The position numbers and the translations under genes were made by a program. From NCBI GenBank assembly GCA_002633005.1, contig NMRA01000908.1, forward strand, positions 38,276 to 102,275: a DNA stretch of 64,000 bases, written 5' to 3'. This stretch comes from Phoronis australis. Taxonomy: Eukaryota > Animalia > Phoronida. The notes below the pieces were generated by a model, which ran no database searches, had not been told where the DNA came from, and worked only from the letters and a program-made list of their open reading frames with translations. Positions within the stretch are counted from its first letter, which is position 1; each line of letters opens with the position of its first letter. This document shows, in pieces, positions 36,687 through 49,469 of this stretch.

Positions 36687-38452
36687 GGGGCTATTCGGAA
36701 AATCTGAAATAACTAGAGGGCGTGAGTGTACTAGTGGTGATAGATTAACAGCCTCGATTTCGCAAGCCCTTTAAATGCATGATGAAATGGCTTGCAGCCG
36801 TGCCAACTGAATCTGAGATTGCGTAAAAAGGGTGCTTCTATGAAAGGAAGTAAGCACGACCTCCTACAAAGGTAAGGTTTGTGATTATTTTAACTATTAT
36901 TCCATGATTATTCTACCGATGCCTGTTAACTGAGGCACTCGCCGATGTCGACTTCGCGGCAGTCAGTCGCCAGCCAGAGTCTGGTTAATCTTTGTATGTT
37001 GTGATGTGTGATACGATATTTGACGTAGCAATCGGGATCTTTTCGTACATCAAAGCATTATTATTGTTTGGAATGATTTCTAAAAGTTTATCAGTGACAG
37101 TTACATCAATCAATGCTGAATTTTATGCTGTCAACTCGATACAGGTTGAGTTAAGATTACAATCCAACCCCAATGGCAAAGGGTACGTGAGTGATAAATA
37201 TCCATTGCATTAGACTATTTGTTTACTCCCTATCATATGTCTTCTGGAAATCTATTACACGTTGAAATGGAAATCTATCACGTCAGTTTTCACGTAACCT
37301 TTGGTTTTTAGGTTTGAAGGCTTGTNNNNNNNNNNNNNNNNNNNNNNNNNNNNNNNNNNNNNNNNNNNNNNNNNNNNNNNNNNNNNNNNNNNNNNNNNNN
37401 NNNNNNNNNNNNNNNNNNNNNNNNNNNNNNNNNNNNNNNNNNNNNNNNNNNNNNNNNNNNNNNNNNNNNNNNNNNNNNNNNNNNNNNNNNNNNNNNNNNN
37501 NNNNNNNNNNNNNNNNNNNNNNNNNNNNNNNNNNNNNNNNNNNNNNNNNNNNNNNNNNNNNNNNNNNNNNNNNNNNNNNNNNNNNNNNNNNNNNNNNNNN
37601 NNNNNNNNNNNNNNNNNNNNNNNNNNNNNNNNNNNNNNNNNNNNNNNNNNNNNNNNNNNNNNNNNNNNNNNNNNNNNNNNNNNNNNNNNNNNNNNNNNNN
37701 NNNNNNNNNNNNNNNNNNNNNNNNNNNNNNNNNNNNNNNNNNNNNNNNNNNNNNNNNNNNNNNNNNNNNNNNNNNNNNNNNNNNNNNNNNNNNNNNNNNN
37801 NNNNNNNNNNNNNNNNNNNNNNNNNNNNNNNNNNNNNNNNNNNNNNNNNNNNNNNNNNNNNNNNNNNNNNNNNNNNNNNNNNNNNNNNNNNNNNNNNNNN
37901 NNNNNNNNNNNNNNNNNNNNNNNNNNNNNNNNNNNNNNNNNNNNNNNNNNNNNNNNNNNNNNNNNNNNNNNNNNNNNNNNNNNNNNNNNNNNNNNNNNNN
38001 NNNNNNNNNNNNNNNNNNNNNNNNNNNNNNNNNNNNNNNNNNNNNNNNNNNNNNNNNNNNNNNNNNNNNNNNNNNNNNNNNNNNNNNNNNNNNNNNNNNN
38101 NNNNNNNNNNNNNNNNNNNNNNNNNNNNNNNNNNNNNNNNNNNNNNNNNNNNNNNNNNNNNNNNNNNNNNNNNNNNNNNNNNNNNNNNNNNNNNNNNNNN
38201 NNNNTCAGTTAGTTGACCCTGTTGACCGCAATTGTCCACGAATATAGTAACCTTAGGTCTTTTGGGAATTTGTGGCCACCTGTCGAAGACTTGCACCAGG
38301 GAAATTAGCAGTAATAAGGCTTAGCGCGACGACGTATTTTGATAAAAATTCCATCTTTTACCATTTGTTTACATGCAGACAGCCACGCATGCGCAATTCA
38401 ATCACCACTAGTACAGCAGCGACACCGCGAGGAGAATTCTCCGAATAGCCCC
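36687..38452. mobile_element. TIR DNA transposon spanning the gap (ISL2EU/Harbinger-related, AT TSD)
   Basis: AT|GGGGCTATTCGGA ... TCCGAATAGCCCC|AT, with an internal inverted GTACTAGTGGTGAT pair (36728, 38401). Confidence 0.7.
37326..38204. other. Assembly gap (879 N)
   Basis: Run of N. Confidence 1.
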
Positions 38453-41400
38453 ATTGTATGTAAGTATTGCCCAATGACACTTAGTATGGCGATTTAAATC
38501 TATTTAAACCCTACAAAAATGTAGTGGTTCTGTTAAAGATCCTCTTGAAATAACACAAATAAAGAAAGAAATTTGAGGAAAAAAGGTTCAAAACAAAACG
38601 TCAAAATACTATCTTATCAGACAACTACAAACCACAGACCCTGTAAATCTGAATAAACTAAAGTGACTTAACAACCTTCACCACTGGACTTAATGATTTC
38701 ATTCATGTCGTTTCTGCTTGCTATGCCTGTAGAAGTAGGCATACTGTTTGAATGACATGCCACATTCACCACAAAAAGGAGTGCTCTCGTGCTGTGATGC
38801 AATGTCGCATCAGACACTGAATCGACTTGGTTTCTGAGCACGATGCTTCATGCCGTGTTTTCCTTTCTTGTTCAAAAAACTCTTGACGCACGCAACGCGT
38901 CAATCACAGAGCTGGTAAAGGTCTTGCTTTGTTGTAGTATCACTGTATTTTATTGCCATGTGGTCATACTAAGTCGATTTCTTAGTTCCTGAACTAGCGC
39001 ACAAACACACACTCCATTATGAGATGCAGCAGCTCTACTACTCTTTTTTGAAGGCGTCAACGTTAACACCCTGAAGGACTCCTCGTGTGGCTATACAGTT
39101 CAACGGAAAAAAGTCAAACGCACTCAGTTATGTTTTTTAGGCTAAATCTCACTTAGAAATAATGAAAAAAATCGATGAAATGCAATTAATAATCAACCAT
39201 CAAATAATTCAGGCTCCGTCTTATTCTAAAATTAGTGTACCGTAACTTGAACAACTATTCATGCCAATGCAGAGAAAAAAATTGCGTTCACGATCGCCAT
39301 AGAGAATTAACGACATCGTTCCCGATCGCCGTCTCACACAAGGACCTGCATGCATTAGTAAATATCTCAAATTGTTTCACAAATTATAACTAACAAAGAT
39401 GTCACCAGGGACGATTAAACTATAAACGTCACACGTCTCTTCTTAAGAAGCCTGGAATTGCAAATAACAAGCAGAAATTGTCGATTTTACAAGGCGCAAG
39501 GGATTTTACCGAAAGCCATTGCTTTCTGAGCTATTTATTTTAAAATAAGCAAAAACCAAGTATTATTTCAGATCCACAACAAAGGTTGCACTCTGACGCT
39601 TTTCTGTGTGTAGCATTCGTACCAAAATGGCCTCTATTTAAACAGAAAATGACACTTAAACTCACCGGGTACGTGACTGTCGTCTGCCATTTTTGGTGTA
39701 AGGTATCGTTCTCGAACGCCTTCCGGGCGTTTTCGATCGCCGGTTGGCCGGGGTGAAGAACAGAAACGTTCAAACGTGCACACCATGCATGTCACATGGG
39801 CGGCGCACCATAGGTGTGGTTACCAGTAAAGTTAATCTAGCTCAATTTTTGAGTATCATTCTCTTGGCTCCCATGACCACACCCAGCAAAGTGAACCTGC
39901 CAGACGGCCATTTCCAAGCATTTGTATACCCACAGAGCACTGTGGCACCAAAGAAAATTGGTTACCTTTTCATGTCCAACAAAGCTCTGAGATCCTGATT
40001 TATATTCATTTGCGGCGACTGGTGTGATATTTGGTTTTACTTCCGACAAGTACGTCGTCTGTTCGCCATGTTTGTTTGTTGTGTAGTCAGCTGCACAAAA
40101 TGTTGACTAGCCGACGAAAAGCCAATGGTAGCCACTTTGCCTCGATTTGGATAGACGATTTTGCGCTTCTGAGCATCTGTGTTAAAGTTTTAGCGCTCTT
40201 GAAACGTTTCAGACATGTTAAATGAAACTAACATCAATGGATCCAGAAACAGCCAGTATCTGAATTCTATCAGTCTGCTCTATGGGACGTTTGTTTTCAA
40301 GTGAGCGCAAAAACGATGACACCGTAGGTAATCGACACATACTATAGTTTCAACAAAAGGACGTGAAGATTTTTATATAAAAATATCATAAATAATGTTA
40401 TATTGAGACGTATATGCTTTTTATTTTGCCAAAAGTACTAATTTGTGAAGTATTCGCTTCTTCATAAAGATCTACATTAAATGCAACAATATCACTTCAA
40501 ACTCTTCATTCGGTCGCGCATTACAGGATGTCGAAAAATTCCTCGCCTTGTATCTTGGCAGGTCATCGAAGCCGGCCTCAAATTAGCCCCGGGGTTAAAC
40601 TTCTATGCAAAATTAATGCCAGTGTAGCACGAGGAAGAATCCACTGGGCTTCTGGTGCTACTTGCATGTATCTTTTTACCTCGTTTCAATATTTGGATGC
40701 TCCATTCATACGTATGCAGGCCGGACAAATAATCTAATTTCCAACAAGTTGACCCAGCGATGTGATTTTTTTTCTTTTGAAAACGAATTATGTTGTTAGA
40801 AGAACAAAATCAAGAAGAGGATTTTTTATACTTGAAGACGAAGTCATCAACCGTCTCGAAGTTCGCCCAGTTTTTATCTTTGGAACACGATGGCTTGTAT
40901 GGTCCTGCAATGTACCGTTTCTAGTGTTTTGATGACGTAATGTTAATTTTTAAAGCATGCACGGTCAGATTCAATATCAAGTGGGAGTTAAACAGCACTA
41001 AGAAAAATCCATTTCCTTTATAGGACCAGATGTTAATGAGCATCTTACTTCTGTTGTGATCACGTGAGTGATCGCTAAATACGGGAGTAAGATATACTCC
41101 CAAATTATCGATAATTGAAGTCAATCTTTTTGTCTTTGTATGTAGGAGTATGTTTATACGAGTAGTCCGTACAGGTTTCATACATGTAGATTATGTGTCT
41201 GAAGTTAGCAAATGCTACATGTATGCTAAAGAACACAAGGTTCTGTTGAATTACTTGATAATTGCGATTTATTTGTGCACCCCGTTCTCACAAAACTCAT
41301 AACAAATTAATCCCATTATTAAACGTAGCGCATTACAATTGAACTAAGTACGTAATTAGCTATGCATTCATGTTTTGTTGTGCTGATGCGATATTAAAAT

Positions 41401-43430
41401 TAAACTCATTTTATATTCAAATTAATTTGTTGATGAACAAGCTAATTTCCAAAAACAGCATGAGTCCATCAAATACATGAAACGGTCGCTGTCAAAGCTT
41501 CTAATATTTTGTTAAATGCCAATTTATTCAGACCTTCATACACTGGATACTCCATTAAAACGCGCCTTCCATCCATAATAGGGCCAGTATATTCAAAGAA
41601 CAAATGCCTTTCTTTAGTAATGCCTCAGTGTTTGCCAGTTTCGATTTTCATTTGATTCTTTGAACACCTAAGGGTGCAAGATCTGAAATGAAACACTTCC
41701 AGCTAGAAACTGACATATTCTTAAAGAATGAGTCACTCTATTTTATTTCTATTCCATGCAGCCATTGTTCTTGGTCTGCGTCAATGCACCTAAACAACGC
41801 CCGGTAATATAATACTTTGTTTGGATTTCATGCGCATGCGAAATTACCTGCATGTTTTACGATCACGGAAAATGAGTACGTTAGTGCATTTTAAAAATAA
41901 TATGAAGTAGGAATACTTATGAATTATCAACCACTACAAATTCATCAAATCATGTCAATACTGCAACATTTCACAGAGCGATTGACAAATTTAGGGCCGC
42001 TGCGCTTCAATCTCACCCACTGGAACCACAAACACGGCTGGGTTAAAATGAAATTTAGATAGCAGACTGCCCTGTCCGTGCCAGTCTTCACAAAGTCAGC
42101 GAGTCAAATTCAGTCTTCTTAACTTTAAAACCGTTGGTCGCCGCAGGCCTGACCCGTGACCAGATGTTGTCCATTCTTGAGAATGAGTCGATATTTAGAT
42201 TCAAGAATCACGATTGGCAGTGATTGGAACTGAGCTCATTTGTAAACAATGTAACCAATATTTTAAGAGTAACCAACTCTTCACCCTTTAAATATTTAAT
42301 ACATGATGGGTAGAAATCCAATACAGAAGCAACTTTGCTGCCATGAGATTGTGTGCCTACAGAGAATTGGTCTAAGCATTTCCGTTGACTACTATAGAGA
42401 CTCCAGCAAGTATTGAACTGGTGACCATTTCTACGCATGATGCCTTCCTTAGTGTGCTTATAAAACCCTGAAAACGCATGAGTAAAGAATTTTGGCAATT
42501 CATAATCTCCCATTTTCAACGTTTTAAGGAAATATCACAAAGTATGCAGTGAAGAAAATGAAAGGCAAACGAGAAGAAGAGCAATATACCTGAAAGGTGT
42601 CAGGAAGTTTTGACCTTTGGTCCCTAGGATGAACTTGAGTTTGACCCCACGTCAATAATATAAGGTCAAAAATGGACTCCGTTAGACAAATACTACATAA
42701 TGGTTCATTCGTTTGAAAGCACTTTCCACTGTTAACCCTTCCCATTGTTTGATTAGTGTAAGTCACTAATTTATTCTAGTTTTTTGACACCGAAATCCTC
42801 ACGCTTTATCAGCTTCGTAAGGGGATAAACTTCTTCGATGTGGGGAAATGTACAGAACATGATGTCTTTGTTCTTTCAGTAATATTTCAAAAGATTTGCC
42901 TTTTTCGTAAGAAATTAGTACATTCTGCCGCACAACAATGGAAATTTGGCTGGATTATAATAGCAGGAAAGGTGTTAAAACGCTGTTCATACCAGTAGAT
43001 TGAAATCTCCCTCCCGCATTGTTATTTGTAGGTGGCGCTGAACGCCCGTCGTCCAAAGTCTTGATCGCCATCTGGCGGTTTAGTAAATTTCAATATGGTG
43101 CGGCTATTTCAAAAGTGAGCTATTGAAAAAATGACCAAGGCGAACTAATTACAACCAAGCTAAGGCTGTTGCCATTATGTTTGACATATTTCATCAAACC
43201 AGTCTTTTACACGGGGTCCTAAACAATCGCCGGGATCCAAATAATCGCAAAACGGGAACAAATCACTGGTGCTCTGGTGGTTCATAACGCCTCCTAATGA
43301 ATACTGGGGGATATCACACATTCAAACGGGCAATTATCGACTTGTCCTACGGATGGTCACTAACAATTCCAATCCCTTGCTCAATGCTGTTTAAAGGTAC
43401 ACAACTAACGTATGCGTGTTATGTTTTCAG

Positions 43431-45586
43431 TGTTCCAGACATGCGGCGTTTCCTGTGATTCTCAGCCTTCTAAGCCACAGTTGTATCAAGCCTGTGGTAT
43501 TTCGTGTTCATCTCCTTTCGTGGAAGATAGGGGACACCGTCAGAAACAAGTCTGTTATTGTGATCAATTCTGCACTGACTTCGGCGATTGTTGTCATGAC
43601 TACAAACCAAGTGCAACACATTTCACGTCAATCGACCTCTACACAGAATGTCTGACGTTAGATTACAGCATTTACCCTTTCGGTAGTAAAGTGATCTCGC
43701 GCTGTCCGGATGATTTTACCAACGGTAATGTTACCAGAAAGTGCCATTATGGAAACGAAAGCGACGTATTCCAGACTGTGCCCGTGAACGGATTCTTGAG
43801 AGATGGTAGGTATTACTCTTTCCGGAACATTTATTGCGCAGTCTGTCATCGTGCGGACGTGTCACAGATTCTCAGAAAAGCTACATTTTGGGAAACCGGC
43901 ATCCTCCCTATATCTGAATTTGATTGGATGACAAACGCAGAGAAAACAACTGTCTTGAAATACGTCATGCAAAATCACACCGGCACAGCACGGGTACGAT
44001 CGATCTTCAAGTCAAGGTTGTTTAGATTTTTTATTATGGCACCATCGCTCACTCACCATTGCAATGTACGGGTAGAACCCAATAGCACAGAATGCACGAA
44101 AAGCTGCCCAAGTAACGCGGCGGAATGCTCGTCATACATGTATTTCTCAGACTACTTTCCAGATACTAACGATAGTGTTAAATTGCAATTCGCACGTTGT
44201 CCAGAAGGTGGCTGGCCAAGGTTATTTTGTTTCGACCCACGTTCACTACCCAAGCAAGAGTCTACCAGTTTTTCTCATCTACTGGACTTCACAGGGCTAA
44301 GTGACGAATTTAGTCTGAAGATAAGTTCGTCCTCTCTAAAATGTTCCGAAAACAGTATATATGACAAGCACGCACACAAATGTCGGCCATTAGTTTGTAC
44401 ACCGAAGGAATATAGAATGATTGATGGGTCGTGTGGTCAAGGAGCTACGAACTTGAACAATATTTCTTTGAATAATACTGTTACTGCCAACGAATCTTTC
44501 TATTTTGAGTGTCCATTGATCACATACACAAACGACGAGTATGAAGTGAAAGACGACATTGCATATGTAAACTCTGGATTGTCGTTTAAGCCAGTTGACT
44601 ACTTCATTCATGGGAACTTACTGTATGTGTGCAATCCATTCACGAATGGGAGTGGTCTTCGGTTTTTTGAATACAACAAAACCCAGTACAAACTGACGCT
44701 CGCTGGAAACGTGATCAGTTTATGTGGTCTATCGATATTTGTGCTGACGTACACACTTTTCAAAGAACTGCGAACACTGCCTGGTCAAATTATGATGAAC
44801 CTCGCTATAACACTTTTCATGGCGCAACTGATAATGTTAACTGCAATTGATCGTACTGAATTTCCAGCATTATGTAAGACAGTGGCTATAGTGGAACATT
44901 TCCTGTGGTTGTGCGCGTTCTTTTGGATGAACAGTATGTGTTTTTGTATTTTCAGAACTTTTCATAAAATTATGGAGAAGCGGCAACCGTCCCCGCCTGC
45001 AATTTATAAGTATATCCTGTATTCTGTACTGAGCCCTTTATTGATAATTGCCACTTGCGTTACGTTGGAATTCGCCACCGATGTACCTTTCCAATATGCA
45101 AATGAGGAGAGGTGCTGGATTTCCGGTTACGAATCAATTCTTTATGGTTTTGCGATGCCCTTAGCGATTGTCATATTCTTTAATATCATTTTCATCGTCT
45201 TTGCGATTATCCAGCTTATAAGAATTAAGCGTCAAGTTAGAAAACATGTCAAGAACAACGGTGAAAATAGCCGCGTGCTTTTGATAACAGGAAAACTTTC
45301 TACTGTTATGGGAAGCGCATGGACATTTGGCTATTTAGGGGCTCTAACTGGAAGTCACGTGCTATGGTATCTTTTCATCATATTCAACTCACTGCAAGGT
45401 TTCTTCATATTCCTTGCTTACATCTGCAGAAAAAGTATTTTCTTGAAATACCGGAAGTTTTTTTCGAGGAAGAAGAGCTCCAATCGTGCGTCATCCTTAA
45501 CCTACGGTCACCGGATATCCCCTGAGATTGGGTGTAGCGATTATACCAACAACACTGAGTTAAATAACTTAGAAACTAACATGTAA
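43431..45586 (+). CDS. Somatomedin-B-domain family-B 7TM GPCR (Methuselah-like/adhesion-GPCR-like), main coding exon
   Basis: Open 724-aa ORF (track 43412-45586) with the SMB motif CYCDQFCTDFGDCCHDY and a Cys-rich, N-glycosylated ectodomain. Seven hydrophobic helices carry family-B signatures (ELRTLPG, HFLWLCAFFWM, CWI, FAMP, MGSAWTFG, FIIFNSLQGFFIF). Branch point ACTAAC at 43404 and acceptor TTTTCAG at 43430. Confidence 0.95.
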
Positions 45587-46345
45587 TCTAAAAATTGTAT
45601 TATTGTTGCAGTTTTAGAAACAAGAACACGTATCTCTACACAAGGAGTACTTTTCAACGAATTAATCAGTCCTCCTTTCCGCGCCCGTAGTAAGAGATGA
45701 AAAGGATAGCTGAGTAGGTGAACTTGGCGTAACTAAGGACCAGGCGACTATCTCTTACATTCGTACACGTCTTACCCTAAGGGTTATCCATGGGGTTGTC
45801 TGTTCTTAATATTTGTTATGTAATGGTTGGTGTTTTAAAAAGTGGCTTCACTTTAACGTCTGCAGTCTTAAAACGGATCGTAGAATTTCACAAGTCCACT
45901 TTAAGAATTTGCTCCTCGCTTTTACGTTATCCAGTATACACAATGGCTTACAGTGGGTTCATTTCATGTCTTTTATAAATTACATGTGTGTCTATGTTTT
46001 TGAGCTTACAAAAGATTTTGAAAATATACGCTTTTATGTGTTAAAACTTGCTAATTTCGAAAACAGCCAGATGCTTTAACATAGTGGATCACATTGGACA
46101 TAATGGACCTGTACCCTGTTGCATGAAATAGTCCCAAACAGAGGCTCAATCAAGTTCCCTAAATCTTCTGCGTATTAGTGGGCTCATGAAAACAATGGTT
46201 GACCTTTCTTAAGCAGTTTAACTATCATTATTAAGCCAAATTTTGGCTTTGATACAAATCGAATTCTATAAATACAGTATCTTTTCATGCTCCGCCTCTG
46301 GACTACATGCTAAGGGTTTTGACGTCCTAATGGTTTTGATGAATT

Positions 46346-46367
46346 ATACACACGCGCGCACATACAC

Positions 46368-46417
<50 letters not shown>

Positions 46418-46430
46418 ATATATATATATA
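46346..46430. repeat. (TA)n microsatellite
   Basis: Visible dinucleotide run. Confidence 0.95.
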
Positions 46431-47944
46431 ACATTTATTGTGCATCGTTGGCTTCGCCTACACATACATAAATACATAAACTGAAATGTATATCCAGATC
46501 ATTTACACATAGAGCAGTTCTTCATTCAAAATCATAGCCTTCTGAATATACAATGCAAGACGGTGGATGCTATCATGATTTTTTCTGTTGGAATAACCTA
46601 ACCAGGGAACAGTTAACAGTTACAAACTCTAGTAAAAGATATTTCCTAAGGTCTCTAAGAGCAGGGCACTTACACATGAAATGAGACTCATCTTCAATTT
46701 CCCCCAGACTGCATATACCGCATATTCTATCACTTCCAGGAATACCCGTATTTTTACCTTTCTACATATTAAATGAGTGATATGAGCATCGAAATTGTTT
46801 ATGTATTCTTCTAGAATAAGCGCTTAAATAATTTACACATTTCTCGCTAACAAGATCACGTTTAATAAGAGTGTAAAATTCATATTTATTTGAACTAGCT
46901 ATTTCCAGTTGCCATTCCTGTACGCCACAATCTATTAACCTCTACTTGAATACCATAATATATTCAATACTATTACCTGGGCCAAGTAACCACACTTCTC
47001 CATAACCATACCTATACAAAATTTCTTTGACACAGTGTGCCCATTTATAATTACCGTTTTCTCCTATTTCTCAAAGTATACTATAGCACTTCAGTGGGTA
47101 CCTATGTTCTTACAATTAATTTTGTCCAATATGTACATGTAATTGGTTGACACATATATTTAGCAATTAACAATTGTCTTTCACATTCACCGCGAGGCAC
47201 AGCATTCGAAGTTTTAATACTCCATCTCAGAACGTATTTACAGACACTATAATTATGCTGTTTGAGTATCATTAGTAAGCCAATTGTTGGCTTTGATACA
47301 AATTGAGATTGAACTCTAGATCGAGTTCTACATAAGAAATGATCTTTACACGCAACGCCCCTAATTTAAGGACTACGTCCCTAGCTGTTTTGATTGAATT
47401 AAGGGCTCTGTAAGTGCCGACGCACTCTTGCGTTAGTGGTCTGATTCGTATTCGCCATCTGTTGGTGGTTTATCTATTTGCTCTCCAACTTCTACCGTGT
47501 ATATTTTCCAGGTGACTAATTCTTCAATAGAATTTTGCATATGTAAGACTGTTTGGAAGACCATGGTTTATAACTGTAACGCGCGCCAGTTAAGCTCATT
47601 CCTACTTCAACGTCCTTACATGTACCTCTAAAAATCTTTTTGAAAACGGATCATTTTTATTTCGCGGTGTCATTTTGTTGAACGACATAAACTGTAATTC
47701 CCAGTGTATTGGTTTTCGTACGTCCTCGTTCCTAAACGTTATTTCTTGAGTTTGAAAGTATCGCAAGTTCTAACATTTTTGTATCAACTTAAAAATGTAA
47801 ACCGTTAGTTTTCGTTGAAAGTTTTGATTTTGATGGCGCTCGTGTTTTCTGTAAAACTCCCAAAGCATTACGTGTAGTATTTTGGAGTTCAAGGGTAGTG
47901 GCGTATATGAAAAAGCTAAACTGATTAAGTGTTCCGTGTTCAAA

Positions 47945-49107
47945 ACACTTCTTCGAGATCGTGGTGTACCATTTAGCGCACACTAAAAAACAAAAAAACC
48001 TGTTTTGGGTCGTTTTGATACTCTGAATGGCCAATTTGTTCCAAAAGCATATAGCCAGTCCAAAAGTCCGATATTCCGAAAAGTGACGGCTACGCCGGTG
48101 ATACAATTATTTACCATTTTTCCACCTTCGCGAATTTCTTGATTCCTGACTAGTTATAGCTTTCTATATGTCCAACATCTGAAAAGTGCTGTAGTGGAGC
48201 GTAGGCGCAGGTAGGCGCAGCCAACCACATTTTGGCCTTTAACGTAGCGCCTATGCAACGTAATTTACTTTCAGTGCTCAAGGTGATACGGTGGGATTTG
48301 GGCGCCTACTTACCTCAGTCTAATTTTACCACTACGGCACTACATCTGAATACCTGATTGCTAACGGAATGAATCTTTTTCCTGGTACTGTAGAAAGAGG
48401 TGAGGTAACTGAAGCACAAGGGATATAAAAAGGTAACTTTGGAATGACGGCTTTTGCCACATCCGTGTTTCTAACTTTTTAAAAATGCCGTTAATCCAAA
48501 GAGTTATAACAACTTATTATTTAAANACACTTCTTCGAGATCGTGGTGTACCATTTAGCGCACACTAAAAAACAAAAAAACCTGTTTTGGGTCGTTTTGA
48601 TACTCTGAATGGCCAATTTGTTCCAAAAGCATATAGCCAGTCCAAAAGTCCGATATTCCGAAAAGTGACGGCTACGCCGGTGATACAATTATTTACCATT
48701 TTTCCACCTTCGCGAATTTCTTGATTCCTGACTAGTTATAGCTTTCTATATGTCCAACATCTGAAAAGTGCTGTAGTGGAGCGTAGGCGCAGGTAGGCGC
48801 AGCCAACCACATTTTGGCCTTTAACGTAGCGCCTACGCAATGTAATTTACTTTCAGTGCTCAAGGTGATACGGTGGGATTTGGGCGCCTACTTACCTCAG
48901 TATAATTTTACCACTACAGCACTACATCTGAATACCTGATTGCTAACGGAATGAATCTTTTTCCTGGTACTGTAGAAAGAGGTGAGGTAACTGAAGCACA
49001 AGGGATATAAAAAGGTAACTTTGGAATGACGGCTTTTGCCACATCCGTGTTTCTAACTTTTTAAAAATGTCGTTAATCCAAAGAGTTATAACAACTTATT
49101 ATTTAAA
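47945..49107. repeat. 582-bp tandem duplication with an N at the junction; likely a haplotype artifact
   Basis: 47945-48525 repeats from 48527 with about five substitutions. N at 48526. Confidence 0.9.
48184..48342. mobile_element. hAT MITE with a perfect 8-bp TSD (duplicated at 48766-48924)
   Basis: AGTGCTGTAGTGG / CCACTACGGCACT TIRs, with CATCTGAA on both sides. Confidence 0.85.
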
Positions 49108-49469
49108 TTGATATATCTTTATTAAAATGAAGTAAGTAAGAAATTGAATTTCGGGTCTCATAATATACATAGGTGGCCTCGCCGGAAGACGGCCGGACAG
49201 CGGAGCTCTTATTAATATAGGTGGCCTCACTGATATATTTACCGTGTTTGCGAGTATTGAGGCCAGGAGCCTGCATTCGAAGCTACAGCTTGACTCGGAA
49301 TAAGATGCATGCACCTGTACACGAACTGACTAAGTAGAACCATTCTTGAAACTGGTACTCTGGAACACTCAATCATTAGAAACATGCAAAGCTATTTGGC
49401 TTGTAGAATGCAGTGAACCTTTTTGCCAGTGATGTATTCTCGCTGAGTGTGCATATAGCCCAGTCATTC

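Larger units (their letters stand above)
32229..40002. mobile_element. About 7.8-kb non-autonomous element with TAG...CTA ends and about 185-bp TIRs (Academ-like)
   Basis: 32229-32415 is the diverged reverse complement of 39817-40002 and of 28031-28215, which ends GGTCTA. Flanks tct/tat may be a decayed 3-bp TSD. No transposase was recognised. Confidence 0.6.
26227..43333. repeat. 4.6-kb block (26227-30839) repeated as 30841-43333 with large indels; N at the junction
   Basis: Collinear, near-identical sequence from tgaacattgaagtc to ttcaaacgggcaa, with a single N at 30840. The second copy has extra 32228-39393 and about 41740-42452. Confidence 0.9.

Noticed and set aside
37283-38296. 300-337 aa ORFs in the track
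   Set aside because: They are translations of the N gap.
43412-43430. ATG at 43412 as the GPCR start
   Set aside because: It lies between the branch point and the acceptor, gives no signal peptide and is not conserved in the paralog.
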